The notes under the pieces were generated by a model. The model saw nothing but the letters and a program-made list of their open reading frames with translations, ran no database searches and was not told the DNA's origin. This document shows, one piece after another, positions 8,524 through 17,026 of a stretch of DNA of 64,000 nucleotides; within the stretch, counting starts at the first letter, position 1; every line of letters starts with the position of its first letter. A program made the position numbers and the translations under genes. The DNA lies in NCBI GenBank assembly GCA_035510795.1, contig DATKGL010000028.1, positions 12 to 64,011 on the forward strand, given 5' to 3'. The DNA comes from Patescibacteria group bacterium (GTDB lineage Bacteria > Patescibacteriota > Saccharimonadia > Saccharimonadales > UBA4665).

Positions 8524-9939
8524 TTATGATTCTAGCAGTTCAGCGCTTCCAAAAATATTACTTATGTTTTCAATGTCCGGGCTTTCATTTCCAGAAACAG
8601 CTTCAGCTGGGCTTGAAATCTCGACTGATTGATCGACAATACAGTTAATCACAACCTGGCGTCCGGATAATTTCTCAATTAACTCAGTAATTTGTGATAC
8701 ATTCCTTGCTTCTTTCATCCTTTTTTGATGAAAGACAAACCTGAATAGCAGTGTTAACTTATCACCGTTCCAAACTGGTTTTGCCATCCGGATAATCCCA
8801 TAGAGGGTGTTGTGCTGGTCCTTAATTGCGGCTAGAACTTCCTCCCAGATTTTTTCATCTGCTTTTGTAGCTTTATTGACCGGCGGTTTGGCGATTTCGG
8901 GCATAATTTTCGGTGAAGTCTGTTCCTCGGCAGCCGATTTTACTGTCGGAATGAACTTTTCAGGATTATGCTGCTCCGCAGAATTCACTATTGTCGATAG
9001 AAGCAGTGTTTCCAGGGCCACGTCCGGCTCAATTGATGCCGGTACATCAATTAGCTGACCCAGTAATTTGGTGATCTGTTGGGACGGTAATTCGGCTTTA
9101 TTGTCTATCAGATCGCTTCTCAGCCTTATCCCAAGCTGTTTAGCGATGATTGGGGGCTCGATCCCTTGATCGTGCATAGTCCTAAGAGCGGCAATTACAG
9201 CCGCTAGGTCCTGATCAACAAGCGAGGAAACAATTTTATTGATGGAATCTGCCGATGCCAGGCCTAGTAGATTTAATACGCCTTCAGCTTTAACTGGATT
9301 TGACATATTTCTAACCTGATCAAGTAAACTGAGCGCATCACGAAGGCTTCCCTGGCTATGGTCAGCAATTAAATCCAGTGCCTCCTCGTCGATAGATATT
9401 TTTTCGCTTTGACTTATCTTTTTAAGGTGCTCAATTATGCTGGCTTTATCGATTGGCTTGAAATTAAAACGCTGCGTCCGACTGATGATTGTCTCGGGCA
9501 ATTTATATGCTTCTGTAGTGGCTAATATAAAAATCACATGTTGAGGCGGTTCTTCGAGAGTCTTTAGCAGGGCATTGAAAGATTCAGGTGTCAGCATGTG
9601 AACTTCATCGATAATATAAATCTTATATTTACTGTTAGTCGGAGCTACATGAACCTGCTCCCTTAGCTCTCTAATTTTATCGATCCCGCGGTGGCTGGCG
9701 GCGTCGATCTCAATTATATCTATGGCAGTCGTAGGGTCGCTGTAGGGGGAGTTATTTAAAGAATAGGCTAGTATTCTGGCCACACTTGTCTTGCCGACGC
9801 CACGCGGCCCGGTAAACAAATAAGCATGGCTAATGGTGTTGGTTTTAAGAGCCTGCTGAAGAATAGTCACTATATGATTTTGGCCTACGACCTCATCGAG
9901 CGACTTTGAACGGTATACACGATACAGTGCTTGTCCCAT
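8524..9939 (-). CDS. dnaX: DNA polymerase III subunit gamma/tau (lacks the Zn module)
   Basis: YLFTGPRGVGKTS (Walker A), IIDEVHML, NALLKTLEEPP and SRTQRF (sensor) are present. 471 aa. Confidence 0.93.
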   Translation of the reverse strand: MGQALYRVYRSKSLDEVVGQNHIVTILQQALKTNTISHAYLFTGPRGVGKTSVARILAYSLNNSPYSDPTTAIDIIEIDAASHRGIDKIRELREQVHVAPTNSKYKIYIIDEVHMLTPESFNALLKTLEEPPQHVIFILATTEAYKLPETIISRTQRFNFKPIDKASIIEHLKKISQSEKISIDEEALDLIADHSQGSLRDALSLLDQVRNMSNPVKAEGVLNLLGLASADSINKIVSSLVDQDLAAVIAALRTMHDQGIEPPIIAKQLGIRLRSDLIDNKAELPSQQITKLLGQLIDVPASIEPDVALETLLLSTIVNSAEQHNPEKFIPTVKSAAEEQTSPKIMPEIAKPPVNKATKADEKIWEEVLAAIKDQHNTLYGIIRMAKPVWNGDKLTLLFRFVFHQKRMKEARNVSQITELIEKLSGRQVVINCIVDQSVEISSPAEAVSGNESPDIENISNIFGSAELLES

Positions 9940-10002
9940 TTACTACTATTATACCCTTTACTCGGAAGACCGAGCGATATTTCTAGGATCGCCTAAACTA
10001 TT

Positions 10003-10512
10003 CTAAAGTGCCGCTTCTAAGGCTGCCCACTCGGAACTTGAATCATCCTCAGGTACGTTAACGCTGACCTGATCACCCGGTTTTGCTTTAAAATATGTAA
10101 CGCTTGCCAGCAGTACGCGGAAATTCTTACCATTAACGTCAACAAAGTAATGACCATTTTCAAGCTTAAGACTGCCGACAACCTGTTTTCTGGGTACCGG
10201 GCCAATTTGTTTATAGAGAAAGGCTCCGTCTTCAGCGATTGTCAGTTTCAGAATATCACCTTGAACAAGTTTTGACTTGCTGGCATAGTTAGCCGGAACT
10301 GGATAGGTTTTTCCGTCAGATCCGACCATATTTTGGCCATCAAAAACTCCCTCAATAATCTTACCCAGAACCTCGTCTTTAGCTAATTTAATAGCTTTCG
10401 GATCTTCACCGACTAAACTCACTAGCAATTCAGAAGCTGCCGCTAAATTAGTTTCAGCTTCTTCGATCAACGATCTCAGTCGTTTAATCTGCTTCTCTGC
10501 TACATCTGCCAT
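10003..10512 (-). CDS. hypothetical protein with N-terminal coiled coil and two tandem beta-rich repeats
   Basis: The start is set at ATG 10512, which has GGAG 9 nt upstream; the track uses TTG at 10521. An internal repeat is visible: DGKTYPVPANYASKSKLVQGDILKLTIAEDG versus NGKNFRVLLASVTYFKAKPGDQVSVNVPEDD. I do not recognise the family. Confidence 0.6.
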   Translation of the reverse strand: MADVAEKQIKRLRSLIEEAETNLAAASELLVSLVGEDPKAIKLAKDEVLGKIIEGVFDGQNMVGSDGKTYPVPANYASKSKLVQGDILKLTIAEDGAFLYKQIGPVPRKQVVGSLKLENGHYFVDVNGKNFRVLLASVTYFKAKPGDQVSVNVPEDDSSSEWAALEAAL

Positions 10513-10561
10513 AATTGTCAACTCCTACCGTTCAGTGTTTGTTTGGGGACACTTCAACATC

Positions 10562-10650
10562 AAGTTATCATTTTTTAACATCCATGTCAAAAGCGACTGC
10601 AAAAATTGTGGAAAACTTGTGTCTATATAAGCGAATAAAACCGAGGTCAA
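10562..10650 (-). promoter_or_regulatory. two candidate sigma70-type promoters between rplL and the downstream hypothetical gene
   Basis: On the minus strand: TTGACC (10645-10650) -N17- TATAGA (10622-10627), and TTGACA (10585-10590) -N17- TAACTT (10562-10567). Called from sequence match only. Confidence 0.3.
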
Positions 10651-10668
10651 GGGTGTTGTTTATTTAGC

Positions 10669-11076
10669 TTAGGCAAGTTCAGCTGTCGCGCCGGCCTCTT
10701 CGAGTGATTTTTTGGCAGCTTCGGCATCTTCTTTTTTGGCGCTTTCAAGCAATGTCTTCGGCGCACCATCAACAAGCGCCTTAGCTTCGCCCAATCCGAG
10801 TCCTGTTATATCTTTTACGGCTTTAATAACGGCTACTTTCTGCGATCCGGCATCTTTTAGCACTAGATCATATTCGCTTTTTTCTTCAGCAACCGGCTGG
10901 TCGCTGGCAGTTGGACCGGCTGCCATAGCCATAGCCGGGGCAGCTGCGCTTACTCCCCAGTGCTCTTCGAGAAACTTAACAAACTTACTGATGTCCAGAG
11001 CTGACATTTTATCGAGCTCGGCAACTAACTTTTCGAATTCTTTTGGTGTTTCAACTTTCTTTTCTTCTTCTGCCAT
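10669..11076 (-). CDS. rplL: 50S ribosomal protein L7/L12
   Basis: There is an Ala/Pro-rich hinge ([12 protein letters not shown]), and the C-terminal domain [28 protein letters not shown] is diagnostic. Confidence 0.96.
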   Translation of the reverse strand: MAEEEKKVETPKEFEKLVAELDKMSALDISKFVKFLEEHWGVSAAAPAMAMAAGPTASDQPVAEEKSEYDLVLKDAGSQKVAVIKAVKDITGLGLGEAKALVDGAPKTLLESAKKEDAEAAKKSLEEAGATAELA

Positions 11077-11102
11077 TACAATCTCCTTATAGATTTATAA
11101 AT

Positions 11103-11630
11103 TTATATTGATTCACTTCTCGCGTTTAATGCATGCAAAACACTGCTCAAATTGCCGTTCAGTACCCGAACAAACGAACTGACTGGTGCGTTTAGCAGTC
11201 CAGCTAGCTGGGCCCGGAGCTGATCCTTAGATGGTAAGTCAGCCAGACTCTTGATATCATCGGCACTCATAAGTACTCCGTCTGCAGTGATACCGGCAAC
11301 AAACTCGAGTGAACTGGTGGTTTTCGAAAATTTTGCCAGTATCTGAGCGGGGACACTGTCGTCGTCGGAGTTAAATGCATACAGCAATTGTCCGTTAAAA
11401 ACTGATTTGTCCATATTCTTGAACTTTTCGGTTTGCTCGAGTGCCTTAATTACCAGCCTATTCTTAATAACTTTGACCGTAGTCCCGGTTGCTGCCGCTT
11501 CCCGACGGAGCTGTTGCATTGAGCTAACACTCGTTCCCGGATAGCCCGCAATAACTGTCAGTTTTGAGTCAGCTAGTAATTTCGCAGTGTCAGATACGAT
11601 GGCTGATTTTTGATCTTTCGTTAAAGCCAT
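11103..11630 (-). CDS. rplJ: 50S ribosomal protein L10
   Basis: 175 aa, immediately upstream of rplL. It contains the typical L10 stretch YPGTSVSSMQQLRREAAATGTTVKVIKNRL. Confidence 0.93.
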   Translation of the reverse strand: MALTKDQKSAIVSDTAKLLADSKLTVIAGYPGTSVSSMQQLRREAAATGTTVKVIKNRLVIKALEQTEKFKNMDKSVFNGQLLYAFNSDDDSVPAQILAKFSKTTSSLEFVAGITADGVLMSADDIKSLADLPSKDQLRAQLAGLLNAPVSSFVRVLNGNLSSVLHALNARSESI

Positions 11631-11684
11631 AATCTCTTCCTTTGATTAAGTTAATGTTTTATTAAAATATCGTGCTGTTAATGA

Positions 11685-11716
11685 ACAAAAAAGGTCTTTG
11701 CTACTACCAAAGACCT
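11685..11716 (-). terminator. intrinsic-terminator-like hairpin in the rplJ 5' leader (candidate attenuator)
   Basis: The minus-strand RNA reads AGGUCUUUG-GUAGUAG-CAAAGACCU followed by UUUUUGUUC, a perfect 9-bp stem. It lies about 55-85 nt upstream of the rplJ start. An upstream segment CCAAAGAC (11767-11774) can pair with the 5' arm instead. Confidence 0.5.
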
Positions 11717-11787
11717 GAAATAAGACTGCTTACCTCGGTAGCAAATTAAGCGATGCCGCAGCTACTGTCTTTGGTGTATTACTTAAT

Positions 11788-11816
11788 ATACTACTGTTAT
11801 TGGCGCTATAAGTCAA
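11788..11816 (-). promoter_or_regulatory. candidate rplJ-rplL promoter
   Basis: On the minus strand: TTGACT (11811-11816) -N17- TAGTAT (11788-11793). Confidence 0.35.
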
Positions 11817-11900
11817 TTGATGATGAAATATTACTTGCTTTTATATCATAAATCAGTAATACTATCCTTCGGTCTTTTTATAGGTAGTGAGAGACAACAG

Positions 11901-12167
11901 ATGACAAATAATTTTAACCAAACACCCAGTGGGGTGATCATGCCCCCTGCGCCCTGCGCTGAATTAGGCGGAGTTATTGATGTTAGACAAATAGACGAAG
12001 AACTTGATATTAACGGAAGAATGATCGGTGCATTAGCCGAAGGAGAGCAAGTGCTTGACCCGAGAACAATGCCGGAATTAGTTGTACAAGGCTTAATCAC
12101 GCACTCTAAACGAAGGATCGAACTGCTGCTGCTGAGAACCCAAATTACTGGAGACCTGTCAGTTTAA
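11901..12167 (+). CDS. hypothetical small protein (88 aa), doubtful
   Basis: The ORF runs from ATG 11901 (MTNNFNQTPSG...). Its composition is more protein-like than the antisense ORF (11846-12100), but the RBS is weak and I recognise no family. It overlaps the tmk-thyX 3' end by 23 nt in convergent orientation. Confidence 0.3.
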   Translation: MTNNFNQTPSGVIMPPAPCAELGGVIDVRQIDEELDINGRMIGALAEGEQVLDPRTMPELVVQGLITHSKRRIELLLLRTQITGDLSV

Positions 12168-14454
12168 ACTGGGTATAGCGTTCAGCTGCCAACCTCGTTA
12201 ATTCCGGATCCTCGCCTTGGTTAACGAAATTCATCGATTCAGCCATTAAAGGGTGGACTTCAGCTAACTTGTCATGCATCTGCTGTATTAGTTTTCGATA
12301 ACCGGGGTGCCCCTGCGGACTGGTTCGTAACTCGTGCAAATGAAACGCTTCTCGGGCATTATAGGTAACTTTCCAGCGCATTTTATGCCCAAGCAGCGTA
12401 GCGTATTGTGATTCTAGTTCGTAACCGGCGTTTTGCAGCTGGCCGTGTAGTTTTAGGCTGATATCAAAGCACTGTTCAAATAATTCAGAAAGGTCTGCCT
12501 TCTCGACTAAATCAGGTACATCATAGCCGTACCTCGGAGTTAGCATCTGCCACTCTAGATCATCGACTATTCGGTGTCGTTGCAAATCGCGGAAGATACC
12601 ATAATCACAGATCAAATCCCAGCTATAATGGACTTTTTCGAGTGCTCGACCGGGCCGGTGCCGACGATTTAGTCTCTCGCCCATATAAGCATTAAACATT
12701 TCGATTTTGCGATCATAGGGCCATTGGTTGACTAGTTTATGGATTTCCGATAACGACAAATTGCTATGTTCATAAATTATGTCGGCGATTATATCCAGCT
12801 CATTTTTCGGCCAATAATCACTTAGAGTAACTGCTGGCTGATCTTGGGTATAGGTTTCCTTGAGATACTCTTTAACTAATTTATCTACGCCGCTATAGGT
12901 ATTGGCGCGATAAGCAATAATCGCTCCGCCCCGATCGGGTTTATCAGCGCGTTCGAGAAAAGCCGGCACGACTTTACGGGCATTAACTAGAATATCCTCG
13001 CCTGTTTGGCTGGCCTCGCTTAGGCGGTCGCCTAAGAGATGCATGATTAAACTCTCGAGAGCCTGCCCCGAGGCAAAAATACCAACAGTGGACTTAGTAG
13101 CAACAGGCAAAACCGGTCGCGCTGCATCGCATGCTTGGGCCCTAGTTGCGGCCTTCCAAGCACCATCTCGCTCCTTCTCGGGTACAGATGAATTAGCCTG
13201 CACATATTCAGTCAAACCATGGACTAGTTTAGAGTATAACTCGAACAGTTGATTCATAGTCTTTTTGTAGTTTTCAGCTGTTCGAACATCAAAAGTTGTC
13301 GGTACGTAATATTTATAATTGCCCTTGCTGTCTGTTGTGTCGAAATAAATATATCGGGTTGACTGTTCGAGATAGGCGGCCAGCCTGCCCCATTCCAGTT
13401 TTTTAGTTAATAAATTCGAGGCATTTTCGACTACTACATGAATTCCGGCTAATTGCTGGACTGAATCATCTCCGTAGGCCGAAATGACCCGCTCCAGCAA
13501 CTTCTCGTCTTTCCCGGCAGCTCCGGCAAATTCATCGAGCAAGGTAACGCGCATATCATCACCGCGCCGGCTTAATCTGGCCATTGCAGCAGCAATAGTG
13601 ACCGGGCTTAAGTAACTAGTAAAAGCATAGACATTTCCGGTCGTGTCAGTGATGGCTTTTTCGAGATACTCTTGACCGGCACGAGTTATAACGAATCGTT
13701 CGCCTTCCTTTTTTAACATCGCTTCTGTTTGCGCCGGTTCGGCGTTGTCCGGCAGCAGCGGGGTGTTGCGCGCAGGTAGCATAGGTTGAACCCTTTCCCA
13801 AATTAAATGGCTGACATCATCAATACTTAACAATTGATCACTTCGAACGCAGTCTATTCTGACGAAATCCTTCGGGAATAATTGGCATAAGTCATCATAG
13901 ACTTCTACGGACCGTTGAAGATGGTTTATGTCTGCTTCATGGATATCGCGAGTCCGAGTGGTATAGGAACGTGTATCTTTTTGATCAACCAGCGTCTGGG
14001 CAATCTCTGCCGGCACCCGCAAAACCAGGTTTACGTCCGGGCGTGGTATTTTAAGCATTTCAAACTCCAAATTATCTAACCAAATGAAATAACCGCGTCG
14101 CTCTTCCGGATAATCAAACTTCGTTCCTTGGTGCGCCATATTGCTTCCCGTATAACGGTTCGCGACAACTATCTTATTGTCATTTAGCGCTTGTCTAATC
14201 TTCGGAGCTGCTTCGTAACGGTCCAAAGCATAAAATAGCGAACCGGTATATGGACCTATATCATTAGCTGTACCATATTGCCCATTAAGGTACTGTTTGA
14301 CGAAGTAGCTTGATTCGTGGCTATACTGAGGAAAATCGAACGATACTACATCATAGCCAGCAGCCCGTAGCTTCTCGACTAATCTAGTTACTTGAGTACC
14401 CTTGCCCGAACCATCCGTACCTTCTATCGCGATGAAATAGCCTTTTTGATCCAT
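12145..14454 (-). CDS. fusion protein: thymidylate kinase (N-terminal) plus tandem ThyX-like FAD-dependent thymidylate synthase domains (C-terminal)
   Basis: Residues 1-215 carry the Tmk P-loop IAIEGTDGSGKGTQ and NRYTGSNMAHQ. Residues about 260-769 contain two ThyX-like halves. Half 1 has WGRLAAYLEQSTRY and ARPVLPVATKST. Half 2 has FRDLQRHRIVDD...PRY and NAREAFHLHELRTSPQGHPGYR. It is a single 769-aa ORF with no internal stop. Confidence 0.7.
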   Translation of the reverse strand: MDQKGYFIAIEGTDGSGKGTQVTRLVEKLRAAGYDVVSFDFPQYSHESSYFVKQYLNGQYGTANDIGPYTGSLFYALDRYEAAPKIRQALNDNKIVVANRYTGSNMAHQGTKFDYPEERRGYFIWLDNLEFEMLKIPRPDVNLVLRVPAEIAQTLVDQKDTRSYTTRTRDIHEADINHLQRSVEVYDDLCQLFPKDFVRIDCVRSDQLLSIDDVSHLIWERVQPMLPARNTPLLPDNAEPAQTEAMLKKEGERFVITRAGQEYLEKAITDTTGNVYAFTSYLSPVTIAAAMARLSRRGDDMRVTLLDEFAGAAGKDEKLLERVISAYGDDSVQQLAGIHVVVENASNLLTKKLEWGRLAAYLEQSTRYIYFDTTDSKGNYKYYVPTTFDVRTAENYKKTMNQLFELYSKLVHGLTEYVQANSSVPEKERDGAWKAATRAQACDAARPVLPVATKSTVGIFASGQALESLIMHLLGDRLSEASQTGEDILVNARKVVPAFLERADKPDRGGAIIAYRANTYSGVDKLVKEYLKETYTQDQPAVTLSDYWPKNELDIIADIIYEHSNLSLSEIHKLVNQWPYDRKIEMFNAYMGERLNRRHRPGRALEKVHYSWDLICDYGIFRDLQRHRIVDDLEWQMLTPRYGYDVPDLVEKADLSELFEQCFDISLKLHGQLQNAGYELESQYATLLGHKMRWKVTYNAREAFHLHELRTSPQGHPGYRKLIQQMHDKLAEVHPLMAESMNFVNQGEDPELTRLAAERYTQFKLTGLQ

Positions 14455-14462
14455 AGTATTAT

Positions 14463-15176
14463 CTATAACCCTTTTAAACCAGGGATGCCCTCCGGCTGCT
14501 GTCGCTGATCCAAATATGCCCTTGGCAGCATTTGCTCTGGTGCCCAGTTTTTTATCAACGTCTTCAGGTCGGTGCCGCTTTGGTATTTACCGCTAAACCC
14601 ATCATTACGGCCTTCACCATAATTTCCTTCAACTGGCCCGGTCTCATGAAATACAGCCTGGGCGATTCTCTCTCCTACCGGTAAAAGTATTGTTTCGTGC
14701 TGGTTTAGATTAAAAATCTCCAGCGTTAAACGGTTGATATAGCCGGGGTCAACCCAGCCGGCATCAAAACAAACCGCAATTCCGTTTCGGCCCCAGCTTG
14801 AACGTGATTTCAGCTCATACGCGCCGGGCGGATTTATACCGAAAAATTCATGGGTATGCGCCAGTATCCGTTCGCCGGGACGAATAGGTATAACCGGGTG
14901 ATTTAACGGTATGCCGACAACAGGTTTTACGCCACTGAGCTCAGACCACTCTTTGTGAGAAATTGCTTGTCTTACTTCACCGAAATAACGTTTAACATCT
15001 CCGGCATCAAACGGGTTATACACCATGTGGTCGCCGCTTCGTTCGGTACGGTAATAATAATGACCGAGGGTAACATCCAGGCTGGCGTGCGAAATATGGT
15101 TTTCGTCAAAGGGGACGCAAACAATATGTCCTTCTTCAATTGCCAGTCGGATTTGCGTATTACTATATACTCCCAT
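14463..15176 (-). CDS. dcd: dCTP deaminase / dUTPase-superfamily protein
   Basis: MGVYSNTQIRLAIEEGHIV...SLDVTLG...SRSSWGRNGI...DPGY... is a typical Dcd layout. The start is set at ATG 15176, preceded by GGAGGA; the track start at 15239 lacks an RBS. Confidence 0.85.
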   Translation of the reverse strand: MGVYSNTQIRLAIEEGHIVCVPFDENHISHASLDVTLGHYYYRTERSGDHMVYNPFDAGDVKRYFGEVRQAISHKEWSELSGVKPVVGIPLNHPVIPIRPGERILAHTHEFFGINPPGAYELKSRSSWGRNGIAVCFDAGWVDPGYINRLTLEIFNLNQHETILLPVGERIAQAVFHETGPVEGNYGEGRNDGFSGKYQSGTDLKTLIKNWAPEQMLPRAYLDQRQQPEGIPGLKGL

Positions 15177-15258
15177 CTGCGTCCTCCAATCGTTCTTATT
15201 GTACGGTCTGTCAAATAGATGATGCAAGCTCAGTGTCAAATTTTACAACTGTCTGAAA

Positions 15259-15267
15259 TGGTACAAT
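15259..15267 (+). promoter_or_regulatory. candidate extended -10 promoter (TGgTACAAT) for the MprF-C-like gene
   Basis: TGGTACAAT lies at 15259-15267 in the 120-bp divergent spacer between dcd and the plus-strand gene. There is no good -35. Confidence 0.3.
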
Positions 15268-15298
15268 AGTTGTTAAGCAAAGACGGTTTGACTTGATT

Positions 15299-16993
15299 AT
15301 GACAGAGAAAAAAGAATCCCACTCTAAGTATGTATTGCGATTAGTTATTCTATCGGTAGCAATAAATGGCCTATTATTAATCGGCACTACTCTATTGGAC
15401 GAAGTAATTCTGCGTCATCACGCCCGGACCAGTCAGACGCTATTGTACGTACACTTAATTAGCGGCCTGACACTGCTTTATCTAAGCTTTTTACTAGTAA
15501 GACGGAAAACTACCGCCCTGCTGCTATGCATCCCGGTCTATGCCTTTATTCTTGGTGTGGGCATTACTGAATTGACAAGATATTCCTCGGGACACCATTT
15601 TCCTGTCTTGACACTACTACGCAGCATCCTTTTCCCGCTGATTGTCGTAGGCGGGCTTGCTTACTACAGAAATGACTTTAAGGTCAAAAGTGATCTAGAG
15701 AGTTTTGGCCAATCAGTCAAATTTATCGTAATAATATTAGCCGTCGCATTTTTATACGGCACCGGCGGCTTTATGCTCATGGACAAGCATGATTTCCACC
15801 AAGAGATCGGTTTTAACAGCGCGGCCATAAACACGATTGATCAATTTGGTTTAATTTCCGGGCATTCTGTTAGGGCATATTCGCGCCGGGCAAAACTTTT
15901 CACGACATCCTTATCCGTAATCAGCATCGGCGCTTTAGCATACGGCTTTGTGTCGTTAGTTCAACCGCTCAAAGCGCGCTTTGTTAATCAGACTACAAAC
16001 CGCCAACATATGAGGCGGCTATTATCGCAAAATTCTAAGGACAGTGAAGATTTTTTCAAACTATGGCCGCAAGACAAGGCCTACATCTTCAATAAAGACC
16101 GGACCGCCGGCTTGTCCTTACGCGTTCACCGTGGTATCGCCCTATGCGCCGGTGATCCGGCCGGCCCAATGAATCTATTGGACGGTCTGATCGAAGACTT
16201 TCAGCAGCTCTGCTATGGCAACGACTGGTTGCCGGCATTTGTTCATACCACGCCCCAGTACACCGAGTTTTATAAAAAGCACGGATTTACTTCTCAAAAG
16301 ATCGGCGAGGAAGCAATTTTATCAATCGAGCATTTTAATAAAAACGTAAAGGACACAAAATATTTCAGGCATATAAACAATAAGTTTACCCGCCTAGGAT
16401 ACACAACCCAACTGCACATGCCGCCCCACTCTCAACATTTCGTCAGCCAGATCCGATCAGTTTCCTCGAACTGGTTAACTCAGCCCGGCCGCGTTGAGCG
16501 CGGTTTTATGATGGGATATTTTTCAAATCAATATATTCAGCAATGCCCAATTATGACCGTTTCTGACGAGTCTGGAGCGATCAAGGCATTTTTAAACCAG
16601 GTATACTCGTTTGAAAAAGAAGAAGCAAATTATGATTTATTGAGGAGTACATCTGACAGCCCAGGCAATATCAATGACTTCCTGCTGCTAAATTTTATTG
16701 ATTATGCGACCAAGGCCGGTTTTAAACGGATCAACATGGGTCTGTGCCCACTGGTCGGGTTAGACAAACATGAGGCTGATCATGCGATAATCGACGGCGC
16801 CCTGAGGTTCGCTTATGCAAATGGCGACCGGATTTACTCATTTAGCGGGTTGCACCGATTTAAAGCGAAATACGAACCAAGCTGGAGCAGCCGCTATGTA
16901 ATATATGTACGCGGCATAAGAGGGTTCAGCCGGACTATGAATGCGCTAATCCGGGCCATGAGAGTGCCGAAGCGCTTTCTACTAATAGGTTAA
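15299..16993 (+). CDS. membrane protein with C-terminal aminoacyl-phosphatidylglycerol synthase-like domain (MprF C-terminal / DUF2156 type)
   Basis: The N-terminal 230 aa or so hold about 6 TM segments. The C-terminal part (KLWPQDKAYIFNKDRTAGLSLRVHRGIALCAGDPAGP...NMGLCPL...FKAKYEPSW) resembles the lysyl/alanyl-PG synthase domain. ATG at 15299 is preferred over TTG at 15293. Confidence 0.65.
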   Translation: MTEKKESHSKYVLRLVILSVAINGLLLIGTTLLDEVILRHHARTSQTLLYVHLISGLTLLYLSFLLVRRKTTALLLCIPVYAFILGVGITELTRYSSGHHFPVLTLLRSILFPLIVVGGLAYYRNDFKVKSDLESFGQSVKFIVIILAVAFLYGTGGFMLMDKHDFHQEIGFNSAAINTIDQFGLISGHSVRAYSRRAKLFTTSLSVISIGALAYGFVSLVQPLKARFVNQTTNRQHMRRLLSQNSKDSEDFFKLWPQDKAYIFNKDRTAGLSLRVHRGIALCAGDPAGPMNLLDGLIEDFQQLCYGNDWLPAFVHTTPQYTEFYKKHGFTSQKIGEEAILSIEHFNKNVKDTKYFRHINNKFTRLGYTTQLHMPPHSQHFVSQIRSVSSNWLTQPGRVERGFMMGYFSNQYIQQCPIMTVSDESGAIKAFLNQVYSFEKEEANYDLLRSTSDSPGNINDFLLLNFIDYATKAGFKRINMGLCPLVGLDKHEADHAIIDGALRFAYANGDRIYSFSGLHRFKAKYEPSWSSRYVIYVRGIRGFSRTMNALIRAMRVPKRFLLIG

Positions 16994-17026
16994 CACCGAG
17001 AGGTTATAGCAAACCCGGCAACAAGC

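Noticed and set aside
8716-8727. A6G run (CAAAAAAGG) in dnaX as a possible gamma/tau -1 frameshift site
   Set aside because: The phase is CAA AAA AGG rather than A AAA AAG. It lies near the C-terminus (about residue 405 of 471), no downstream stimulatory hairpin is seen, and the -1 frame runs 12 more codons. This is not the E. coli-type signal.
9940-9953. TATAAT box ending 8 nt upstream of the dnaX ATG, suggesting a leaderless mRNA
   Set aside because: No acceptable -35 or extended -10 is present, and AT-rich hexamers are frequent in these spacers. dnaX may simply be co-transcribed with the upstream gene.
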